This document shows, one piece after another, positions 1 to 8,605 of a DNA stretch of 64,000 bases. This DNA comes from Podarcis erhardii. Taxonomy: Eukaryota. Made by a program: the position numbers and the translations under genes. Position 1 is the first letter of the stretch, and each line of letters begins with the position of its first letter. The notes beneath the pieces are model-generated. The model saw nothing but the letters and a program-made list of their open reading frames with translations. It had not been told where the DNA came from and did not search any database. The stretch lies in NCBI GenBank assembly GCA_964252035.1, contig OZ176214.1. The stretch is one strand, 5' to 3'.

Positions 1-228
1 TGCACTGAGTGCGTTTTTGCATTGCACGGAGTGTGTAGTTGCATTGAACGGAGTTTGTAGTTGCATTGCATGGAGTGTAGCTGCATTGCATGGAGCGTAG
101 TTGCATTGCTTGAAGTGCATTTTTGCATTGCACGGAGTGTGTAGTTGTGTTGCATGGAGTGTAGTTGCATTGCATGGAGTGTGTGTGTGCTGCACGGAGT
201 GTGTTTTTTGCATTACACAGAGTGTGTG
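1..228. repeat. Minisatellite, about 20-22 bp unit (TTGCATTGCAYGGAGTGT(GT)AG), running off the window start
   Basis: About 9-10 degenerate units visible directly. Confidence 0.85.
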
Positions 229-399
229 TGTCGGAAAAGGAAGCTGGCTTGGCGGCAGCTTTGTCGGAACTTCTTTAGGGGTTCTGGCCAGCGTCGGCCC
301 TGTAAATTTACGTATTATGATGGCAGCACAAGATGCCCCCTGCCCAAGAGGGGGCTGGAAGCTGGCATGCAATACCTCAATACCTTTTGCCATATTCCC

Positions 400-1260
400 A
401 TTTTATTTGGGATCCAGATGGATATCGTTGCTAAAACATGCCACTTGCCTATGGAGAAGCTGTCTGCCTTGAAGGAAGTTATTTTGTAATACTTCCTCTG
501 TAGCAAGTGATTCTTCATCAGATCCGATCTTGCTGGGTCACTTAATTAATCTTGCATGCAGAGTGGTTGCCCCAGGCCGCCCCTTCCCTTTCCACTAGGC
601 CAGGCTGCCTGCGGCCTGAGGTCCCCTTAACTTTCTCATGCAATGGTTGCAATTCCTAAATGTCGAGGTCCCCTTGCCTTTCTCATGCAATGGGATCTCA
701 TGCAATGGTTGCAATTCCTAAATGTATGCAATAGTAGTTGGCCATGGCAGGATACCTGGAACTTGCACAGGGATTTTCAGGTTCATGCTGATGCTGCTGG
801 ATCTTTGCCCTTTGGGTTTTTTATTTATTTATTTTATTTTTTTTATTTATTTATTTATTTATTTAATTTTATTTTATTTTATTTTATTTTATTTTAGGAG
901 CTGCTGGTGTGCAAAGCCATGGCCTCAAGCCCGTGTGGTGAGGCAATCATGTGACCTAACTTTTCTTGAGTTTTCCCCATTGTAGTAGCAGTTCACATGT
1001 GGCCCGAGGAGTTCAGTGAACATCGGATCTGCTTTTGGTCTGATAACCAGGTAGTGGTGAGCGTCTTGGCAAAACGGTCCTCACGCTCTAGCTGAGTCTC
1101 CGCCCCTCCGCTCACGCTTTCGAGCTGCGCCGCTTAAGGTTTAATATTGTGCTTTCTGCTCCTGATTACGGGATCCTCTAATGATGTCACTGTCACTCTA
1201 TCCCATTTTCAGATGGAGCGGTTCAGATCCTGGGCTCCAGACACTCAGCTACTGCCAGAC
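400..1260 (+). pseudogene. Decayed DIRS/Ngaro RT C-terminus and RNase H
   Basis: Fragments LFGIQMDIVAKTCHLPMEKL, LLGHLINLACRVVAPGRPF, FQVHADAAGSLPFG, DLTFLEFSP.VVAVHMW..FWSDNQVVV and LSHFQMERFRSWAP in shifting frames; stops, deletions and a (TTTA)n insertion. Confidence 0.88.
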
Positions 1261-1379
1261 TTTTCCAGACCACCTGTGGCATTTTGGCAACAATTAGTAA
1301 TTACAGAGAGCAGCAGCTTCCATTTCCCCTTCTGCTTTTAGCTCTTATGGGAAGGCCTGGATGGATTTCTTAGCCTTAA

Positions 1380-2160
1380 GCTGGCAGCCCTTGGCCATTC
1401 AGATGAACTGGCCCCCATCCTCTGAGCAGATCCTGCAGTATTTGGTCCACCTGCTGCAGATTGGGCGTGCTGTTAGAACTATAAGAATTCAGTCCGCTGC
1501 AATGTCTGTTATACTGAAGCTTTATTTTTCAGAGACCCTTGTATAAAGTTTGTTGTGTGCAGGGCCTTGGAAGGTTGGAATAGGCTCCAACCTCATAGGA
1601 CACTGGGCAGGAAGTCGGTCAATTTTACCAATGCAGTATCTCCAACAAGTTAAAACTTATCTGCTGGTAAAAGATCAAGGCGAGACTCCTTTCAGTATTC
1701 CATTGCATTTTGGTGCACTGAGGGTTGGGGAAATGGTTGTTGGAGCTAGCACGGGGCTGAGAGTCTGGAGGCTTATTGCTTCAGGACTTTTCCTTATCTG
1801 CTTTGGAGCTTGTCATTAGAGTCGGGAACTCTAAAACAGACTTAGTGGGCAGGAGTGCCACAATCTGGCTTCCCGTCACAGGTAAGGAGGGCCCTTGCCC
1901 AGTTATGGATACCAGAAATTTGGCTTTTCATTCCCCTGGGGGCTGGCCCGCTCCTAGTGCGTAAAAATGGGTTCCTGTTAGCCAGGCATCAATGTGCTTA
2001 CGTCGTGCACCAGTTATTACGGCCTGCGGCTTGCCTACCGCTGAACACGCCTCATTCCTTCCAAATAGGGCTGCTGCAAAGGCTGCACACTGGGGGCCTG
2101 TCAGTAGACAGGATTGTGAAATCATTGAATGTCTGATGCTGAGAAGGGTTATATCAGGAA
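1380..2160 (+). pseudogene. Decayed tyrosine recombinase ORF
   Basis: WPPSSEQILQYLVHL (N-terminal domain), FGALRVGEMV (Arg motif), SKTDLVGR (Lys), PHSFQIG (HxxR with R to Q), SDAEKGYIR (catalytic Tyr region); several frameshifts. Confidence 0.88.
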
Positions 2161-2214
2161 GCGTCACAATGATGTCTGTGCTGATGCTTGTCTGTTATTT
2201 CCTTTTTTCATAGG

Positions 2215-2520
2215 AACAGCTGTGCACATTTGGGCCACAGCATTGTACGCTGGGCTGGCAAGCGCGCTGACGAGTCTGGACTGGGCGCCATCTCAGTCTT
2301 CCTGCCCATGTGAACATATACTGGATGTCCAGATGGGGAATGCTTTGGGAGGAGATCCTTCCTTTGGCGGTCGAGTGTGACCTGTGCTGGTCCTCCCGCA
2401 GTGCTGGTGGTACAGCTGGACAAGAATGATTTGCCATCTTTCTCCAGCATAAGTTTGCATTCCTGCATGCAAGAGGGCTTGGTTCGAGTTGATGGCAGCT
2501 CTCCCTGGACTCAAAATAAT
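2215..2520 (+). pseudogene. SGNH/GDSL hydrolase-like segment 1 (N-terminal half, decayed)
   Basis: GHSIVRWAG (block I), W...GMLWEE, GPPAVLVVQLDKNDL (block III GxND-like); frameshifted. Confidence 0.75.
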
Positions 2521-2521
2521 T

Positions 2522-2707
2522 AAAGGCATTGGTTCAAGGTGATCTGGAGGGGGGGTTGGAGCACCTGTCCCCTCCAACCGCTAGATGCGGTAGCTTTGGA
2601 ATTCATTGCTCCCCCACAATGTTTGCTTGTACTGATGATATGGTGGGGCCCAGTCGTCAGTGCTGCCCTGCTGAGGTCAGGTGCAGCTAGTCGGGAACCA
2701 ATGCCTA
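2522..2707 (+). repeat. Diverged, internally shortened copy of the Ngaro B repeat (B')
   Basis: Colinear matches to B1: aggcattggtt, tggagggg..cccctcca, ggaattc, gtcagtgctg, (c/g)ctagtc/atagtc, aaccaatgccta. Confidence 0.72.
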
Positions 2708-2724
2708 GACAAACTACCACCGTT

Positions 2725-3113
2725 TTGGCCCTCCTTCGGCGATTGTGGTGCAGCTTGAGGAGAATGATATGGCTTCCTCTTCCTGCTATGAGCTGCGTGC
2801 GGCCATTTTACAGGACCTGAGGGAACTGGCGGCACTGGTGCCGACCGGTAGGTTAATTTGGTCACAGCTGCTTCAACGACGCACTTGGAGGGGTAGCCCT
2901 TGCCCAGCTGCCACCGAACGAGTGAGGAAGCGGATTAACTCCACTGCGAGTAAGCTGGTGGTCGATTTGGGCGGGTGCGTGATCCCTCACCCTCTTATTT
3001 CATTCCGGGCGGTTGAATTTTATAGGGATGACGGGGTTCATCTCTCGCCAGTTGGGAATGATGTTTGGTTGGATGCGATGGTGTCCAGGCTGAGGGTGTG
3101 GCTTAATTTGTGA
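2725..3113 (+). pseudogene. SGNH hydrolase-like segment 2 (C-terminal two-thirds, open frame to TGA at 3113)
   Basis: GPPSAIVVQLEENDM...IWSQLLQRRTWRG...RKRIN...YRDDGVHLSPVGNDVWL, containing the DxxH catalytic motif; lacks block I. Confidence 0.8.
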
Positions 3114-3142
3114 GTGGTTGGCGGCGAGCGTAAGGGCTCGAA

Positions 3143-3566
3143 TGGCGGTTAGGCATTGGTTAAAATTGGTTGGTGGAGGGGTATGGATTGGCTGTGCCTG
3201 CCCCTCCAATGCTGCTGCTGACGGGTATTCCGTTAAAGGAATTCTGAAGCTTACCATCCCCTTTGTCCAAACCCTGACGGCAGGGTGCGGGCCGCGTAAG
3301 CTTCAAGGAGCATGCGCGGAGTAGCTGAGGGCCTGTGACGCAGCTCCAGCTGACTCTGTCCCGTGTTCCTCCGGGACTGACTAGGGAGTCAGTGCTGTCC
3401 CCCATGGCGGGGGGTGACAGATAGTCATAACCAATGCCTAAGCAACCACTCTCAATTTGTATGCAAATAAAGTTGTGGCCAAAATTATGCCAAAAACCTT
3501 AAACAAAAATTACGTGTGATGTGTGAGTTATTGGGGAAGGGGTTTTGGGGGACCTCAACACGCAAA
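3143..3566 (+). repeat. Ngaro split direct repeat B1 (424 bp)
   Basis: No difference from 3945-4368 seen on reading (offset 802; the ORF-track peptides at 3160 and 3962 are identical); contains ATGCAAATAAAGTTGTGGCC (polyA signal). Confidence 0.93.
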
Positions 3567-3944
3567 GCGTGTTCACATAAAAGAGAGCACGTGTTGCGGT
3601 TGGGGCCGAACAAAACCCATTTTAGTGGCTAGGCCATAGATGGCTAGAGGCCTGGGAACAGATAGGTGGATGTTGTTACTGGGGCAAATTTGATGTTGCC
3701 AATTTAGGGGTGGGGTCAATGGCTTTATAAGCAGGGTCCACAGCTTTCTCTTTCTCTTTTGCTGTGGACACCGGATCTCCCGCCCGCCCTCCCTTGTTTG
3801 GGCTTGCGCCTTGACCTTGCTTTGCCTGTCATAGGGTCGCTCGCATTGTTGCGAGGGCCCAGTAGGAATTTTTCCAATCGGCTGATTAGTGCGTGCCTTT
3901 TGGGTTTTGCCTACTGCTTAGCAAATCGTCACAACTTGTAAGGT
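3567..3944 (+). repeat. Ngaro split direct repeat A2 (378 bp), with TATA-like TTTATAAG at 3724-3731
   Basis: Lies between B1 and B2 as in the A1...B1-A2-B2 architecture; its A1 twin is predicted left of the window. Confidence 0.75.
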
Positions 3945-4368
3945 TGGCGGTTAGGCATTGGTTAAAATTGGTTGGTGGAGGGGTATGGATTGGCTGTGCC
4001 TGCCCCTCCAATGCTGCTGCTGACGGGTATTCCGTTAAAGGAATTCTGAAGCTTACCATCCCCTTTGTCCAAACCCTGACGGCAGGGTGCGGGCCGCGTA
4101 AGCTTCAAGGAGCATGCGCGGAGTAGCTGAGGGCCTGTGACGCAGCTCCAGCTGACTCTGTCCCGTGTTCCTCCGGGACTGACTAGGGAGTCAGTGCTGT
4201 CCCCCATGGCGGGGGGTGACAGATAGTCATAACCAATGCCTAAGCAACCACTCTCAATTTGTATGCAAATAAAGTTGTGGCCAAAATTATGCCAAAAACC
4301 TTAAACAAAAATTACGTGTGATGTGTGAGTTATTGGGGAAGGGGTTTTGGGGGACCTCAACACGCAAA
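3945..4368 (+). repeat. Ngaro split direct repeat B2 (424 bp), right terminus
   Basis: Second copy of B; ends AACACGCAAA, followed by hAT sequence. Confidence 0.93.
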
Positions 4369-5094
4369 TAGCCTCAAGATTGCTTCCACATTAGGAAAGG
4401 CCATCTGAATTTTTTCCTTGTATATAATTTGATAAAGGTCTGTATGAGGCAGAGAGTGCTCTGCTGTAAGCCTATGTCTTTGTCTCATGTACAGATGAAA
4501 GTGCAAAGTTCATCATGAAGTTTGAGGTCAATATCTTCTGGATATGCTTCCATCAACAGTTCAACACCTTGCTGAATTTCTTGCTTAGATGATGTCAGAT
4601 TAGCAAGAATGGAAAACAATTGTGCAACATCACTGTACACATTACTTCTTCTTTTTAAAATGGCTTCAAGTGCATCTAATATAGGAATTAAGGATTTTAT
4701 CTTAAACTTATCTCTTGTTTTGTAGCTGACATTTGGCAAGGTGGCTTTTGCTTGTTTCTCAAGCTCATCAAAATTTTCTCTAGTTTTCCTTAAAAAATCC
4801 AGAAGTGAACTGTACAAACTTGCACAAGAACTCAATAACAGGTCTGATTTCTGAAGGGCTTTGCTGACCTTGTGAAAATGACCTAGCACATGGGTCAAAA
4901 AATAGGGCTCCACTGGCTGGCCCTGAGTCTCATAGTTGCTGGGCCTGAGCTCCCCTGCCCTTGCATGAAGTCTTGGGTTTGCAATTTTGGGAGAGGGCAA
5001 ACTGCCTGCTGGGGGGTAGGTGAACTGGGGAGGCCCCCTAGATTTAGAGGCCCTAGGCTTCATCCTACTTAGCCCATACATAAATCCAGCACTG
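4369..5094 (-). mobile_element. Internally deleted hAT DNA transposon (5' terminus plus transposase C-terminus), interrupted by the Ngaro element
   Basis: Minus-strand terminus CAGTGCTGGATTTA at 5094; about 200 bp later ...KVSKALQKSDLLL...RDKFKIKSLIPILDAL...YPEDIDLKLHDEL; then, after frameshifts, YQIIYKEKIQMAFPNVEAILRLF (start of the hATC dimerization motif), cut at 4368. Confidence 0.82.
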
Positions 5095-5494
5095 GCACCC
5101 ATCTTGATTTGCTTGCAGGAAGCGTCTGTGGAAGTTAGATTATATCCCATCTAGATCAAGCACCCATTCTGATTTGTTTGCCTTGTGAATATATGACAAA
5201 GGACATCCTGACTTGCTTGCAGGGTGTTTATAGGTCTTCCTATTACTTGTTCACTCCACGCTTTCTAATACATTTGTCTCACTTTCTAAACTGCAAAAAG
5301 TCAGATTCTTTTTTTTTAAAAGTGGTTTTGTTTCGCTAGGGTAACAAAGCCTTTAACTGTGGAAATCTAAAGTTCTGATACAGTACGTGCTTAAATTTCG
5401 CCCACAAAATAGTGACAATGTGGAAGCACCCTTTATCGAGACATTGGCAAGCGAAGTTAATTTGCTTGATGTGCTAATTCATATAAGCACAGAA

Positions 5495-5945
5495 GAAGAG
5501 CCTGCTGGATCTCCTCAATGACCCATCATCCTGTTCTCACAGTGACCAGCGAAGCATGCAATCAGGATTCAAGCACAAGAGCACCCTCCCCTGCTGTGAT
5601 TTCCAGCAACTGGTATTCAGACACATTACTGCCTTCAGCTGTGGCATCTCCACTACTGCCAGTAGCCATTGATAACCTTCTCCTCCATGAATTTGGCTAA
5701 TCCTTTTTTTTTAAAAATCATCCAAGATGGTGGCCACCACTTCTTTCTGTGGAAGCAAGTTCCATAGTTCAACTATGTGCTACATGGAGAAGTACTTGCT
5801 TTTGTCATTCCTGAATTTCCCAACATTTGGCTTCATTGGAAGTCCACAAGTTCTAGTGTAACAAGACAGGGAGAAAAACATTTCTCTAGCCACTTTCTCC
5901 ATGGCATGCATAATTTTATAAATGAGGGCTGCCATACATCCAGAT
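5495..5945 (-). mobile_element. CR1 LINE 3' fragment, old
   Basis: Recognisable squamate CR1 3' sequence (gttccatagttcaactatgtgct...aagtact; tggccaccact; ctgttctcacagtg). Confidence 0.65.
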
Positions 5946-6238
5946 TTTCACTTTTTGAAATATGGCAACCCTATATACTGTAAACATCTATCACAATCAT
6001 TTTGCTTTATGTTCCAGAATGATCAGATCCAAACGTCTCAGAGACAATGGTACAATTAATCCAATTAGTAAATTGAGGATGCAACCCTACGTACACATTG
6101 AAACCAGTGGGACAGACTGAAGACATAAAGTTCTAGGCTCTGCGTATTGAGTGTGTGTGTGTGTGTATGTGTGCGTAGGAGAACGTATTTCTTCACAACT
6201 AAGTTTTTGTGAAAAATCAAAGAAGGTATTTGACTTAC

Positions 6239-6328
6239 TCAAAGTGGTCTTTGTGATCTGCTTGAAGTGGCGTAGTTCACTGAACTCATCCTTGGATACT
6301 GTTTGCTTGTCAAAGTGGCTCAGGATAC
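6239..6328 (-). CDS. CHRDL1: CHRDL1 exon 11 (GILSHFDKQTVSKDEFSELRHFKQITKTTLS); the terminal coding exon is not in this window
   Basis: 90 nt, manual translation; CAG acceptor 6329-6330, GTAAGT donor 6237-6238; aligns by recall to human [31 protein letters not shown]; no stop reached. Confidence 0.93.
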
Positions 6329-6759
6329 CTGCAGCAAATGGTTAGAAGAACACACTCAAGAACCACCTTCTGCTTCTTGACACCAGGCCTTGCACAACTT
6401 GATTGCACAGCCTGAACCACCAGCGAACTGCACCATATTGTGCAGCAATTGGGCACCAGTAATTATCAGGATTTTTGACAGGCTTTAAGTGTTTCCATTT
6501 GCTCCAGCGTCAAAAAAGAAAAATCTCATACAGACAGATCTGACAACAGGCTTTCCTCACTTTATCCACAAAGCTTCAGCTCATTCTGGTTTGACTAAAA
6601 GCAAATCCGTTATCAATAGTGGGCTGGGGGAGCAGGTCTGCATATTTTCTGCTAAAATGTTTTAACAAGTAAGAAAAAAGTCGAAACATAAAGGGGTTCA
6701 GCACAACCCTGTGTACCTTGTAAAAAGCAACAAGTCAACCAAACAACAACCAAGTAGAC

Positions 6760-6860
6760 TTTGAAGAGGGCCTACCTTTGTTTGCCCACGAAAAGTTGTG
6801 TCCGAATAAAGTGGTTAGTTTGTTAAGGGGACACAACTCATTTTTTGTGTGTTTTTTAGT
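6760..6860 (+). mobile_element. Penelope-like element 3' remnant
   Basis: ctttgaagag...cacgaaaagttgtgtccgaataaagtggttagtttgttaagggg.cacaactc resembles the reptile Penelope terminal motif. Confidence 0.45.
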
Positions 6861-7901
6861 GCTAGATGCAGAAACTTGTTTTTATATCACATTTGGAGGT
6901 GGTGCAGGGGGACTGGGGAGACATTAACCTGGATCATGGGTTTCCAAAAATTTTGGACCAGAGGGCATTCATTTTGGACCCATAACAGAATTGCTACTGT
7001 GCAGGAATTATCTCAGATGGATGTTGAAAGGACATAGCATAATGGCTGATCCCTGTTAAAGAGAGAGAGGACCACAAAATGCTGCATCAGTAGGGGGAGA
7101 AAGCACCTACATGAGCCACCAGCATGCCTGTTCGTTTAGAGAAGCTCTTTACACTCTTCTCTGCTCAGAACGGAACTGGGCATCAAATGAAACATGGGTA
7201 TGTTGAAGGGGCAATATTCAATGTAGGAGAGGCTGAGCCTGTGCAAAGAGGAACTGAGCAGGAAGAACAAGCAGACTCTCTTCTGATGTGACTTTTTAAG
7301 GGGATATTTACTGAAACCTTTTGAAGGTGTCATAGGAGGTACTGGCAGGCACACTCTGACCTAGATACTAGGCAAACTCCATTTGGCAAACTCCGACCTA
7401 GATACTAGATAGAATGCCTTTCTCAAATTGTTCTACATAGGCACGACAATCTTCTGGGGAGGTACTTCTTAGCATCTTGTCTTATTTACTGTTTTATTTT
7501 CTCCCCCCCCCTTAATGGATTGTCCTAAATGTATTCCTTTTGCTACTCCCATTCCTCCCCTCTCTTCCTGCCACACCCTCTCTCTCTCTCTCTCTCTCTC
7601 TCTACCTTCTCTACCTACCTCTCTTTCTGCTACTCCTTTTATCCCTTTCTTCCCAATTCCCCCATTCCTTATCATCTGCATAGAATAAGGCTGAGAACCA
7701 CAGGTTGCCAAGCTCTGCTTTAAGTTCTTAAAAATACTTGACTCCATTTTGTTTGCTTTAATCCTAATGTCCAAAACCCACTTGCTTGGGAGTAAGCCTC
7801 ACTGAATTCAATCCAATTTCTGAGTAGGCATGGTAACACAGATCCACCCCCCCCCTTGAAACACACACCTTGATGATGGAAAGAGAATGTTCCCCGCTCA
7901 C

Positions 7902-8069
7902 CTTTTCTAATGGTCCACATGTGGATTTTGACTTGCGGTGGTTGATCTGTCTCCAGCGCTATCTTGCGTATGGTTTCTCCTTCCTCAGAGAGAACAGCTT
8001 CATAGACAGGGAGCATCTCTTCACCACAGAAGTAGTCTTTGCTGTCAAGGTTCTGACTTCCAATTTCAT
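7902..8069 (-). CDS. CHRDL1: CHRDL1 exon 10 ([56 protein letters not shown])
   Basis: 168 nt; AG 8070-8071, GTGAG donor 7900-7901; C-terminal region of CHRDL1. Confidence 0.96.
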
Positions 8070-8328
8070 CTATAAGGGAAATAGGTCGATGCATTCATAT
8101 TTTACTTATTACATTTTATTCTCTCATTTACTCCAAGGATTCCATGCCCCCCTCCCCGTTACAACTCACAACAATCCTAGGTTGTATGTTAGGGTTAGGT
8201 TAGACTGAAATGCCTGCCAGGTTGTGGCTGTTCCCCTGTGCCCCGTTCCACAGATGCTAAAAGACTCAGGGTCTGAGAATGGGGTTGTGGGCTGCCCTTT
8301 TAAACCCAAAGCAACCTGTTATCCATAC

Positions 8329-8523
8329 CTGGGCAGACTTTACAGCACTTTCCTTCAATTTTCCTTGGATGCTTGCAAGGATATTGATCGGGGCAATTAA
8401 TTTTTTTGCATTCTTGCTTGGTGACGTTGCAGGTGCACAACACACACTCCACAATTCCGTAGGACCGAAGGTTAGGGTGCCAGGATTCTCCGTGGGAGTA
8501 GGTTTTTCCATTGGAAACACAAA
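8329..8523 (-). CDS. CHRDL1: CHRDL1 exon 9 (VWC3: [65 protein letters not shown])
   Basis: 195 nt; AG 8524-8525, GT 8327-8328. No in-frame 15-nt downstream donor is visible, so this matches the short form without the KKAKE extension recalled for human. Confidence 0.97.
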
Positions 8524-8605
8524 CTGTGGTGAAAAATGAGAGGGAGGGGAGGACAAAACAATTAGAACTTAGATAGCTGCAATAGGGATAAAGTAACCAC
8601 AATCT

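Larger units (their letters stand above)
1..4368 (+). mobile_element. Ngaro-type (DIRS order) tyrosine-recombinase retrotransposon, defective/chimeric; 5' end (A1) lies outside the window
   Basis: Order: gag-like remnant, RT tail, RNaseH, YR, SGNH-like ORFs, then split direct repeats B1-A2-B2; no TSD; right end at CACGCAAA 4368. Confidence 0.9.

Noticed and set aside
1-228. Regularly spaced repeats as a CRISPR-like array
   Set aside because: Units are adjacent and degenerate with no unique spacers; eukaryotic context; ordinary minisatellite.
3143-4368. Two identical 424-bp repeats as LTRs of a tiny LTR element (TRIM)
   Set aside because: No TG...CA ends, PBS, PPT or TSD; the position after YR/SGNH ORFs and the palindromic junction fit Ngaro B1-A2-B2.
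4485-5150. 221-aa ORF, the longest in the window, as a host gene (ZMYM/ZBED-like)
   Set aside because: The N-terminal half is translated transposon terminus and the C-terminal half is frameshifted hAT transposase cut by the Ngaro insertion.
4369-6238. Search for the terminal CHRDL1 coding exon (QWKIF...GHC-stop by recall)
   Set aside because: No matching sequence seen between exon 11 and the Ngaro element; presumed to lie left of the window, so it was not annotated.
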